Positions 38,090-47,233 of a DNA stretch of 64,000 nt are shown piece by piece. Every line of letters begins with the position of its first letter. Position 1 is the stretch's first letter. This DNA is from Candidatus Nitrospinota bacterium M3_3B_026. Its GTDB lineage: Bacteria; Nitrospinota_A; UBA7883; JBPRGF01. Location: the NCBI GenBank assembly GCA_051418015.1, contig JBPRGF010000029.1, positions 32,001 to 96,000 of the forward strand, given 5' to 3'. Under the pieces are notes generated by a model that saw only the letters and a list, made by a program, of their open reading frames with translations, did not search any database and was not told where the DNA came from. The translations under genes were made by a program, and so were the position numbers.

Positions 38090-38580
38090 GATCTACCCTC
38101 TCCAAAGATAAAAACCGCGCTTTGACCGACCACCAGGGAAAGCTAGAGAATACCCTATCACCCGGCCCGATACAACGCAAATCCCCGTTGCGCCTCCATC
38201 CACGGTTAATAGACAGGGACGGTGATATTTATAATGTCCCCTCCCTCCGGGAGAGGGGATTGTTAGTTGGCTCAGGATCATGCGGGCTCCTGAATTTCCC
38301 CTCAAAAACCCCCTCCCGCCTTGCGGCGGACTCCCCCTTGCCATGGGGAAAGAGAGGACGCCGGCGCCGGGCTTTCCCCTCAGAAACTTCAGCCACGGAA
38401 GTGGAAAGCAGGATGGCTTGACCGGGAACCGGGGGGAGTCCCTCCGCGAGGGGTTTGACGTGGTATCATGAATCGCATCATATTGTTATAAAAAGAGCTG
38501 AGCGGCGCCTCTCCGGCGTTTCTCACCGGCGCGAACGACGCGGGAGCGGGACAGCCCCCGCGGGTTTTGAAGGAAGTTGG

Positions 38581-41028
38581 ATGACAGCATCACCCGGCGC
38601 CTCGCCGCCAAGCGGCGTGGGTCTCCCTACTCCGCTCGACATCGGCGGCCTGCGATGGCTTGGCGTTCTCGCCTACGCCACGGCGGCGGGGATATTCATC
38701 ATCGACATAAGCCTGCCCCTCGGCGTCGCGGGCGGCGTTCCTTACGTGATCCCCATGTTGTTCGCCTTCCGGGCGCCGAAAGACAGCAGCATCTACCTGC
38801 TGGCCGGGACATGCTCCGTCCTGACGGTCCTCGGATTTTTCCTCTCCACGCCGGGGGGGATGATGTGGATGGTTGTCCTCAACCGCGCCCTGGCCCTGGC
38901 GGCCATATGGGCGCCGGCCGCGGCGGCTATCATCTATAAAAGGTGCGACTGGGCGCTGGCGGAGATGAAAAACGGCCTCAGGAAAAGCAGGGAGGCCCTA
39001 GCCCTGGCCCAGCAGGTCGCCCTTCTCGGAAGCTGGGAGTGGGACCTCAAGACGGACGAGGCGAACGTCTCCGACGGTATGTACAAGCTTCTGGGGGTCT
39101 CCCCGGAGAGTTTCCAGCCCTCCCTCGAGGCGTTCATCGGGCTGGTTCATCCAGAGGACAGGGACAGCGTCCGCAAAGCGATCAATGAGCCGCTGGCCTC
39201 CGGCGGGCCGTTCAAGGTCGAGTTCCGCCTGGGGGAGGGGGACGATTCCCTGAAACACATTCTCTCAAGAGGGATGGTTTTCACCGACAGCGGCGGCGAG
39301 CCGGTCAGGATGATCGGCACCATGCTGGACATCACCGAGCGCAAGCGGGCCGAAGAGCGCCTGCAGCTTGCCTCCAAGGTCTTCCAGAATAGCATCGAGG
39401 GGATCATGGTCACCGACCCCGACAGCGTCATCAGGGTAGTGAACCCCGGTTTCACGCAGATCACGGGCTACACCACCGAGGAGGCCATCGGCCGGACGCC
39501 GAGGCTTCTGCGCTCGGACAGGCACGACGAGGCTTTCTACAAGCGGCTGTGGGACAGCATCCTGAAGGACGGGCGCTGGGAGGGGGAGATATGGAACCGG
39601 CGCAAAAGCGGCGAGGCCTACCCGGAGTGGCTGACCATCTCCACCATAAAAGACAGCGAAGGCAAGACTATCAACTACATTGCCCAGTTCCACGACATAA
39701 CCGAGATCAAGCGTCACGAGGAGGAGATAAAGTACCGGGCCTGGCACGACGCCCTGACTGGCCTTCCGAACAGAGAGCTTTTCCGTGACCGCGTGGACGT
39801 GGCCATAGCCAGGGCGATCCGGAGCGGCAGGAAGGCGGCGGTCTTCTTTATCGACCTGGACAACTTCAAGAACATAAACGACAGCCTCGGGCACGCCACG
39901 GGAGACCTTTTCCTGCAAGGGGTGGCGGCCAGGCTGGTGGCGCTTATGCGGGAGGAGGACACCATTTCCCGCTTCGGAGGGGACGAGTTCACCATCCTCA
40001 TCGAGGACATGGAACACGAGGAGGACGTGGACTCCGTCGCCCGGAAGATATTCCAGGAGATGGCGGAGCCCTTCCTGCTTGGCGGGCAGGAGCTTTTCGT
40101 CACCGTCAGCGTCGGCGTCGCCATCTATCCCGACGACGGGGAGGAGGCGGACACTATCATAAAGAACGCCGACGTGGCCATGTACCGCGCCAAGGAGAGG
40201 GGCAAAAACAACTACATGCTCTACACCCCGGCGATGAACATCCGCATGTTCGAACGGCTGGAGCTGGAGTCGGCGTTGCGCAAGGCCATCGAGCGCGAGG
40301 AGTTCACGCTTTACTACCAGCCGAAGGTGCGGCTTGCCGACGAGCGGATCGTCGGCGCCGAGGCGCTGATCCGCTGGATGCGGCAGGAGTATGGAGTGGT
40401 TCCGCCGGACAAGTTCATCCCCCTGGCCGAGGAGACGGGGCTGATCCTCCAGATCGGCAAGTGGGTGATACCAACCGCCTGCGCCCAGGCGGGCGAATGG
40501 CGCGAGGCCGGGTACGAGGATGTCTCCGTCGCCGTGAACATAAGCGCCCGAAGGTTCCAGCAGAAGGGCCTCGACGAGATCGTGGAGGCCGCCCTGAAGA
40601 AGACCGGCCTGCCGCCTGAAAACCTGGAGCTTGAGATTACCGAGAGCGTGGTCATGAGCGACGTGCAGGTGGCCATAGAGACCTTGCGGACGGTCAGCGT
40701 CATGGGGGTCCGTCTGGCGGTGGACGATTTCGGCACGGGCTACTCATCCCTGGGCTACCTCAAGAAGTTCCCCATCGACTCGCTGAAGATAGACAAGTCA
40801 TTCGTCCAGGACATAACGGAGGAGCCCGACGACGCGGCGATCGTGGCGACGATCATATCCATGGCGAAGAACATGGGCCTGAAGGTCGTGGCGGAGGGGG
40901 TGGAGACGGCCGAGCAGTTGGCTTTTCTGAAAGAGCGGGGCTGCGATGAGGCCCAGGGCTATTATTTCAGCAGACCCGTCCCCGCCGGTGAGTTTCTGGA
41001 GCTGTTGCGGAAAAACAGGAGCCGCTGA
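38581..41028 (+). CDS. Membrane PAS-PAS-GGDEF-EAL c-di-GMP enzyme
   Basis: TM region, two PAS domains, 'HDALTGLPNR', 'RFGGDEF', 'AEALIRW', 'DDFGTGYSSL', 'AEGVET'. Confidence 0.95.
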   Translation: MTASPGASPPSGVGLPTPLDIGGLRWLGVLAYATAAGIFIIDISLPLGVAGGVPYVIPMLFAFRAPKDSSIYLLAGTCSVLTVLGFFLSTPGGMMWMVVLNRALALAAIWAPAAAAIIYKRCDWALAEMKNGLRKSREALALAQQVALLGSWEWDLKTDEANVSDGMYKLLGVSPESFQPSLEAFIGLVHPEDRDSVRKAINEPLASGGPFKVEFRLGEGDDSLKHILSRGMVFTDSGGEPVRMIGTMLDITERKRAEERLQLASKVFQNSIEGIMVTDPDSVIRVVNPGFTQITGYTTEEAIGRTPRLLRSDRHDEAFYKRLWDSILKDGRWEGEIWNRRKSGEAYPEWLTISTIKDSEGKTINYIAQFHDITEIKRHEEEIKYRAWHDALTGLPNRELFRDRVDVAIARAIRSGRKAAVFFIDLDNFKNINDSLGHATGDLFLQGVAARLVALMREEDTISRFGGDEFTILIEDMEHEEDVDSVARKIFQEMAEPFLLGGQELFVTVSVGVAIYPDDGEEADTIIKNADVAMYRAKERGKNNYMLYTPAMNIRMFERLELESALRKAIEREEFTLYYQPKVRLADERIVGAEALIRWMRQEYGVVPPDKFIPLAEETGLILQIGKWVIPTACAQAGEWREAGYEDVSVAVNISARRFQQKGLDEIVEAALKKTGLPPENLELEITESVVMSDVQVAIETLRTVSVMGVRLAVDDFGTGYSSLGYLKKFPIDSLKIDKSFVQDITEEPDDAAIVATIISMAKNMGLKVVAEGVETAEQLAFLKERGCDEAQGYYFSRPVPAGEFLELLRKNRSR

Positions 41029-41047
41029 CCCGCCCCAACCCGCGCGA

Positions 41048-41839
41048 TCAGTAAAACTCCAGCCCTGCCCGGCGGGCCAGGCCCATGTCCTCCGCCTTTC
41101 CCAGAAAAGCGGAGAGCCCGTCGCGCTCTTCCTCGCCGAGGTCGTATATGATCCGCTTGGTCAGGTAGTCCAGGATCGCGTCGGCTTCACGATGATCCCT
41201 GCCCTCCTGCCGGGCGATAAGCTCCCGCTCGCGCAGGCCGATGCTTTTGGCCTCCTCGATCGCGGCGACGGCTTTGTCCCACCGCCGGCCGCGCCTCGAG
41301 CAGAGCACGGCATGGACGAAGGGACGGCCGGTGCGGCGGAACCACAGCTCGCCGAGGTCATACACCACGTATTTTTCGCGGTCGATCGAAAAAGCCGCGT
41401 CGCCGATGACAAGCCCCCCGTCGGCGGAGCGGAGCATATCGGCCGGGCTTTCCTCCCCGCCGGTTATCATGGCGGGCTCCCTGTTGTACATCTCCTTGAA
41501 CAGTATCCGCAGCATCGCCACCGACGAGCGCGACTTCGGGTCCACGAGGACCGACTCCATGTCCTCCATCGCCATCTCCGAGAAGAGGACGACCGTCTCC
41601 ACCGGCCCCAGCGACGCGATGCAGACGGCGGGGACGATGACGGCGTCCTCGCTCATGGCGTACTCTATGGATGGGATCAGCGCCATGTCCAGATCCCCTT
41701 CGTGGAACCTGTCGGCGAGCCGCGAGGGGGTGTCAATGATAAGCTCGAAAGGGGTCTCCAGAAGGCCATGGCGGAAAGGGTACAGGAGCGGTTTTGAGTT
41801 CAAAAAGTCGTGGAAACCGACGCGGGGCCTGATCTTCAT
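41048..41839 (-). CDS. mqnA: Chorismate dehydratase (futalosine menaquinone pathway)
   Basis: 'FLNSKPL', 'SRSSVAML', 'LVIGDAA', 'DLGELWFRRTGRPFVHAV'; adjacent to mqnE. Confidence 0.85.
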   Translation of the reverse strand: MKIRPRVGFHDFLNSKPLLYPFRHGLLETPFELIIDTPSRLADRFHEGDLDMALIPSIEYAMSEDAVIVPAVCIASLGPVETVVLFSEMAMEDMESVLVDPKSRSSVAMLRILFKEMYNREPAMITGGEESPADMLRSADGGLVIGDAAFSIDREKYVVYDLGELWFRRTGRPFVHAVLCSRRGRRWDKAVAAIEEAKSIGLRERELIARQEGRDHREADAILDYLTKRIIYDLGEEERDGLSAFLGKAEDMGLARRAGLEFY

Positions 41840-41848
41840 CCCGCGCCT

Positions 41849-42937
41849 TCAGGCCCCCACGAGGTTGTAGACGGTGTCCCGCTCCACGGGGACGCGCCCG
41901 GCTTCCCGTATCAGCCGCTCGATCCTCTCCCTGGCCAGCGCCTGCGCCGTCTCGGCCCCGGCGGCGTGGGTGATGCGTTCCTCGACCACCGTCCCGTCCA
42001 TGTCGTCGGCGCCGAAGGAGAGGCTCACCTGGGCGAGCTTCTCGCCGATCATTATCCAGAAGGCTTTTATGTGGGGGAAGTTGTCCAGCATCAGCCGGGA
42101 TACGGCTATCATCCGAAGGTCCATCTGCCCCGAGGTCCGCGGCAGATCGCCGTATTTCGTGTTCTTCGGATGGAAGGCCAGGGGGATGAAGGTCAGAAAT
42201 CCGCCCGTCTCGTCCTGTGCCTCGCGGAGCCTTGCGAGGTGGTCGATCCTGTCCTCCGGCGTCTCGATATGGCCGTAGAGCATCGTGGCGTTGGTGCTCA
42301 GCCCGGCGCGATGGGCCGCCTTGTGGACGGCGAGCCACGTCTGTCCGTCTATCTTCTCCGGGCATATCTTGCGCCGGACGCGCTCGCTGAAAACCTCCGC
42401 CCCGCCGCCCGGCAGCGATCCAAGACCGGCTTCTTTAAGCTCCGCCAGGACGGCCTCCACGGTCTTGCCCGATATCCTGGAAAAATATTCTATTTCCACC
42501 GCCGTGTAGGCCTGAAGATGCGTCTCGGGAAACTCCTCGTGGAGTTTTCTGACAAGCTCGACGTAGTATTCGTAGGGCATGTCCGGGTGGAGCCCGCCGA
42601 CTATGTGGAACTCTGAAAAACTCTGGGCCTTGTATGCCCTCGCCGCCTCCATCACCTGGTCAACCCTCATCGTGTAGGCGCCCTCCTGCCCCTTCTTTCG
42701 GGAGAAGGCGCAGAACCGGCACGAGTTCACGCAGACGTTGGTATGGTTTATGTGCCGGTTGTTTATGTAGTAGGCTTTGTCGCCGTTTTTTCTCTCGCGG
42801 ACATGGTTGGCCAGCGCGCCAAGCCCCAGAAGATCCGGCGTCCGCTCAAGGACCAGCCCGTCATCGAAGGATAGCCTCTCTCCTGAGTATACCCTCTCCG
42901 CCACGCGGTCAAGCTCAGGGTCGAACGATTCTTTCAT
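41849..42937 (-). CDS. mqnE: Aminofutalosine synthase (radical SAM)
   Basis: 'NHTNVCVNSCRFCAF', 'HIVGGLHP', 'PGGGAEVF', 'FIPLAFHPKNT', 'HIKAFWIM', 'DMDGTVVEERITHAAGA'. Confidence 0.9.
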   Translation of the reverse strand: MKESFDPELDRVAERVYSGERLSFDDGLVLERTPDLLGLGALANHVRERKNGDKAYYINNRHINHTNVCVNSCRFCAFSRKKGQEGAYTMRVDQVMEAARAYKAQSFSEFHIVGGLHPDMPYEYYVELVRKLHEEFPETHLQAYTAVEIEYFSRISGKTVEAVLAELKEAGLGSLPGGGAEVFSERVRRKICPEKIDGQTWLAVHKAAHRAGLSTNATMLYGHIETPEDRIDHLARLREAQDETGGFLTFIPLAFHPKNTKYGDLPRTSGQMDLRMIAVSRLMLDNFPHIKAFWIMIGEKLAQVSLSFGADDMDGTVVEERITHAAGAETAQALARERIERLIREAGRVPVERDTVYNLVGA

Positions 42938-42955
42938 TAGCGCCGCTGGCCGGGC

Positions 42956-43762
42956 CTAGCTCAGTCCCAGCACGTCCCGCATGTCGTAGATGCCGTTCGG
43001 CTGGCTGACTATCCACGAAGCCGCCCGGACGGCTCCGAGGGCGAAGTTGTCCCGCGAGCCGGCCTTGTGGGCAAGCTCTATCCTTTCCCCCTTGCCCGCG
43101 AAGATGATCGTATGCTCGCCGACAACGTCGCCCCCCCGCAGGGACATGACCCCTATCTCCTCCGGGGGCCGTTTGCCCACCTGGCCGCTGCGGCCGTAGT
43201 TGGCCACCTTGCCAAGGTCTCTGCCCAGCGCGTCCGCGGCGATCTTGGCCAGGCGCGCCGCGGTGCCGGAGGGGGCGTCCACCTTCTGGTTGTGGTGCAT
43301 CTCCACGATCTCGATGTCGTACTCGCCGCCGAGGGCCGCCGCGGCCTCCCGGGCCAGCTTGAACAGGACGTTCACACCGACGCTCATGTTCGGCGCTATC
43401 ACCGCCCGGACGCTTTTGGCCATGGCCTCGAATTGCAGCCAGTGCTCGTCGGTAAACCCCGTCGTGCCGATCACTATGGCCGCTCCCGCCTCCTGGGCCT
43501 TCAAAAAATTCTCTAAAGAGGCCGCCGGGGCGGAGAAGTCTATCACCACGTCGCAGCCGCCGATGATCTCCGATATGTCGGAGGTGATGGCGATCCCTCC
43601 CGGCGGAAGGCCCGCCGTCTCCAGAACGTCCTTGCCGATAAAAGGGCTGCCCGCCTGCTCCACGCCGCCGCAGACCGTGACCCCCTCGGCCTGGTCGACG
43701 GCCCTGGTGATGAGCCTGCCCATGCGGCCCGCGCATCCTGAGATTATTACCTTGACAGCCAT
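42956..43762 (-). CDS. dapB: 4-hydroxy-tetrahydrodipicolinate reductase
   Basis: 'GCAGRMG', 'IGTTG', 'EMHHNQKVDAPSGTA', 'RGGDVVGEH'. Confidence 0.96.
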   Translation of the reverse strand: MAVKVIISGCAGRMGRLITRAVDQAEGVTVCGGVEQAGSPFIGKDVLETAGLPPGGIAITSDISEIIGGCDVVIDFSAPAASLENFLKAQEAGAAIVIGTTGFTDEHWLQFEAMAKSVRAVIAPNMSVGVNVLFKLAREAAAALGGEYDIEIVEMHHNQKVDAPSGTAARLAKIAADALGRDLGKVANYGRSGQVGKRPPEEIGVMSLRGGDVVGEHTIIFAGKGERIELAHKAGSRDNFALGAVRAASWIVSQPNGIYDMRDVLGLS

Positions 43763-43772
43763 ATCCAATAAC

Positions 43773-44666
43773 CTACGCCTCGTCCGGCGCGCCCTCCAGC
43801 AGGCCCGCCTTGTTCATAACGTTCTTGAGCTTTTCCCTGTTCATCTGCGACATGGGGCAAAGCGGCAGGCGGAACTCCTCCTCCACCTTGCCCATCATGG
43901 CAAGGGCCGTCTTGACCGGTATCGGGTTCGTCTCGATGAACATCGCCTTCATCAGGCCGAGAAGCTCGTAGTGTATCCCCCGCGCCGTGGCCCAGTCCCC
44001 CTCCATGGCCGCCCGCGCAAGGGCCGCCATCCTGTCCGGGACGACGTTGGCGGTGGAGGAGATCACCCCCTTGCCGCCGATCGCCATCATGGGGAAGGTG
44101 GCCGCGTCGTCGCCGGAGAGGACCACGAACCCGGAGCCTGTCCTCTCGATAAGCTCGGCCGTGTACGAAAGGTCGCCCACGGCGTCCTTTATCCCCACGA
44201 TGTTCTTGTGGGAGGCGAGGCGGGCGATGGTATCCACGCTGACCAGGCTCGCCGTCCTGCCAGGGATGTTGTATATGATCTGCGGGATGTCCACGGCGTT
44301 GGCTACGGCCTTGTAGTGCTGGTATATCCCCTCCTGCGTGGGCTTGTTGTAGTAAGGGCTTATCAGCAGCGCCCCCGCCGCCCCGGCCGCGGCGGCGTGC
44401 CTTGTCAGGGCGATCGCCTCCGCCGTGGAGTTCGACCCCGTCCCGGCGATGACCGGGACGCGCCCGGCCGCCGCCTCCACGCACAGGTCGATGACGCGGT
44501 TGTGCTCATCGTGGGTGAGGGTGGGCGACTCGCCGGTCGTCCCGCAGGCGACTATTCCGTTGGCCCCGCTTTCTATCTGCCAGTCTATAAGATCGGCGAA
44601 AGCTTTCTCGTCTATCTTCCCGTCCTTGAACGGCGTGACTATCGCCACGAACGATCCGCTGAACAT
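43773..44666 (-). CDS. dapA: 4-hydroxy-tetrahydrodipicolinate synthase
   Basis: 'GTTGESPTL', 'PYYNKPTQ', 'YNIPGRT', 'GIKDA', 'ETNPIPVK'. Confidence 0.96.
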   Translation of the reverse strand: MFSGSFVAIVTPFKDGKIDEKAFADLIDWQIESGANGIVACGTTGESPTLTHDEHNRVIDLCVEAAAGRVPVIAGTGSNSTAEAIALTRHAAAAGAAGALLISPYYNKPTQEGIYQHYKAVANAVDIPQIIYNIPGRTASLVSVDTIARLASHKNIVGIKDAVGDLSYTAELIERTGSGFVVLSGDDAATFPMMAIGGKGVISSTANVVPDRMAALARAAMEGDWATARGIHYELLGLMKAMFIETNPIPVKTALAMMGKVEEEFRLPLCPMSQMNREKLKNVMNKAGLLEGAPDEA

Positions 44667-44905
44667 CCCTGATATCTCCGTATGATGATATCTGAACATA
44701 TTATCCGGGCTCCGGCGCCGAATCAAGCGCCATGGGGGTCTGTAGTGTCCCGGTTTCAGTCTTGCTCAAAAAGACAAGGTTCCTCGCCTCCGGCTCGGGA
44801 CGCCGAAGCATTGCGGATTTCTTGATATTTTGTCATCCTGGACGGGCGGCGTCTTCGCCGCGACGTGAAGGGCCTTGATTTTTCAAACCGGGGCGCCGCC
44901 CGGAA

Positions 44906-45739
44906 TCAAACATCCATCACGCCCCGGAAAACCTCCGCCGCGGGGCCGGTCATGAGCACGCGGTTCGACCGGGTCCACTCGATGACGAGCGTCCCGCCGG
45001 GAAGCTCCACCGCCACCTTGCGCCCCGTCCGCCCGTTGAGCGCCGACGCCACCGCCACGGCGCAGGCCCCGGTGCCGCAGGCCAGCGTCGCCCCGGCGCC
45101 GCGCTCCCACACGCGGGCCTTCACCCTGCGCCGGTTCTTCACCTCGACGAACTCCACGTTGGTCCTGTTGGGGAATTTTTGAGAGTTTTCTATGGCGGGC
45201 CCCACCCGCTCAAGGTTGACCCCCTCCACGTCATCGGTGAAAATGACGGCGTGGGGGTTGCCCATCGACACGGCGGTGATCCTGTACCGCTTCGACACGG
45301 CGGCCAGGGGCTCGTCCACGACGCGGCCCTTGAAAAGCGACGGGATCGCCTCGCCGTCCAGGACCGGCTCGCCCATGTCCACCTCCACCATGCCGCCTTC
45401 GGCCACCCTGGGGCGGATGATCCCGGCGGGTGTCTCCACGTCGAGGCTCTTTTTCCTTCTTATCACAGGGTCGCGCCTGTCCCACAGGTATTTGGCGAAG
45501 CAGCGTATCCCGTTGCCGCACATCTCCGCCTCGCTCCCGTCGGGGTTGTATATCCTCATGCGGTAATCGGCCCGGCGGGACTTCATTATGACAATAACCT
45601 GGTCGCAGCCTATGCCGAAGCGCCGGTCGCATATCAGCCGGGCTTTTTCGGCCAGGCGCGGAAACTTTTTCTTCCGCAGGTCTACGACGACGAAGTCGTT
45701 GCCGAGACCGTGCATCTTCGTGAACTCAAGCTTCGCCAT
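44906..45739 (-). CDS. dapF: Diaminopimelate epimerase
   Basis: 'KMHGLGNDF', 'EMCGNGIRC', 'MGNPH', 'WERGAGATLACGTGACA'. Confidence 0.96.
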   Translation of the reverse strand: MAKLEFTKMHGLGNDFVVVDLRKKKFPRLAEKARLICDRRFGIGCDQVIVIMKSRRADYRMRIYNPDGSEAEMCGNGIRCFAKYLWDRRDPVIRRKKSLDVETPAGIIRPRVAEGGMVEVDMGEPVLDGEAIPSLFKGRVVDEPLAAVSKRYRITAVSMGNPHAVIFTDDVEGVNLERVGPAIENSQKFPNRTNVEFVEVKNRRRVKARVWERGAGATLACGTGACAVAVASALNGRTGRKVAVELPGGTLVIEWTRSNRVLMTGPAAEVFRGVMDV

Positions 45740-45757
45740 CTTCGGTCACTCCATCCA

Positions 45758-45887
45758 GGCCATGCGGGCCCACTCCAGCCAGGCGGGGACTTTTTCGCCC
45801 CTCAGGGCTCCGGGGCCGCTCATTTCGGCAAACTCCAGCCCGGCCATGCGGCCTACTCCAGCCAGGCGGGGACTTTTTCGCCCCTCA
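45758..45887. repeat. Direct repeat of the lysA 3' end (33-bp exact core, 83-bp period)
   Basis: ACTCCAGCCAGGCGGGGACTTTTTCGCCCCTCA at 45772-45804 and 45855-45887, each preceded by GGCCATGCGG. Confidence 0.85.
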
Positions 45888-47115
45888 AAAGATCCTCCAG
45901 CGTCTCGCGCTCGCGGATCACTTCGAACCCGGAACCTTTCACCAGGACCTCCGCCACGCGGGGACGGGAGTTGTAGTTCGAGGACATGGAGAACCCGTAG
46001 GCCCCCGCGCTCATCACGGCGATCAGGTCGCCCTGCCGCAGCTTCGGCATAACGCGGTCCTTGGCCAGGAAATCGCCCGATTCGCAGATCGGCCCCACCA
46101 CGTCGGCGGAGACTTTTTTGCGTTCGTTGACCTCCTCGTCCACGGGGACGATGCCCTGGTAGCTGCCGTAAAGGCTCGGGCGGGCCAGGTCGTTCATCGC
46201 GGCGTCGACGACGTAAAAAACCTTCCCCTCGCTCATCTTCGTGTAGAGCGTCCGTGTCACCAGCGCGCCCGCGTTGCCGGCGATCACCCTGCCCGGCTCG
46301 AAGATGATGGCCAGGCCGGACGCCTTCAGCATCGGCCCCACCCGCTCCGCGAGCTCGACGGGATGCGGCGGCGACTCGTCCTTGTAAGTGATGCCGAGGC
46401 CGCCGCCCATGTCGATGTATTTTATCCCGATCCCTTCCTCCCGCAGCGTCCGGACAAGCTCCAGGGTTTTTTCCAGCGCGTCGACGAAGGGGGATATCTG
46501 GGTTATCTGCGACCCTATGTGCTTGTGGACGCCGATCACCTCCACGTTGTCCAGGGCCGCCGCCTGGCGATACTCCTCCAGCGCGGTCTGATAGCTTATG
46601 CCGAACTTGCTCTCCTTGAGCCCGGTGGAGATGTAAGGATGCGTCCGCGGGTCCACGTCCGGGTTGACCCGCAGGGCGACGGGGGCCTTCACGTCCATCT
46701 TCGCCGCCACGGCGTCTATGGTGACAAGCTCCTGGGAGGACTCCACATTGAACATGAGGACCTTCGCCTCAAGGGCCTGTCTTATCTCCGGGCGTGTCTT
46801 GCCCACACCGGCGTAGACGATTTTCTCCGGCGGGACGCCGGCCTTAAGCGCCCGGTAAAGCTCCCCGCCGGAGACTATGTCCGCCCCGCCGCCGAGCTTG
46901 GCGAACAGGCGCAGGACGGCTATGTTCGAGTTCGCCTTCACCGCGAAGCAGATGATATGGGGGACGTCCTCGAAAGCCTTGTCGAAGACCTCGAAATGGC
47001 GTGTCAGCGTGGCGTGGCTGTATACGTAGAAAGGAGTCCCCACCTCTCCGGCGATCTTCGAGAGGGGAACGTCTTCGCAGTGATACTCGCCGTTTTTGTA
47101 CTCGAAATGGCGCAT
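45853..47115 (-). CDS. lysA: Diaminopimelate decarboxylase
   Basis: 'FAVKANSN', 'HIGSQI', 'GGGLG', 'EPGR', 'GPICESGD', 'AGAYGFSMSSNYNSRPR'. Confidence 0.96.
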   Translation of the reverse strand: MRHFEYKNGEYHCEDVPLSKIAGEVGTPFYVYSHATLTRHFEVFDKAFEDVPHIICFAVKANSNIAVLRLFAKLGGGADIVSGGELYRALKAGVPPEKIVYAGVGKTRPEIRQALEAKVLMFNVESSQELVTIDAVAAKMDVKAPVALRVNPDVDPRTHPYISTGLKESKFGISYQTALEEYRQAAALDNVEVIGVHKHIGSQITQISPFVDALEKTLELVRTLREEGIGIKYIDMGGGLGITYKDESPPHPVELAERVGPMLKASGLAIIFEPGRVIAGNAGALVTRTLYTKMSEGKVFYVVDAAMNDLARPSLYGSYQGIVPVDEEVNERKKVSADVVGPICESGDFLAKDRVMPKLRQGDLIAVMSAGAYGFSMSSNYNSRPRVAEVLVKGSGFEVIRERETLEDLLRGEKVPAWLE

Positions 47116-47233
47116 TTTTCGACGTTTATATCCTACAGAAGTTTTCAGGTGAAGTTCCTAATCTTGCTGTAACAGGCGGTGTTTGTCAACTTCGGCGGCG
47201 CTGTCCCGGCCCGCTCCCCGGTATAATGAAAAC

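Noticed and set aside
45758..45887. CRISPR mini-array
   Set aside because: Only two copies, one of which is lysA coding sequence; no leader or cas genes.
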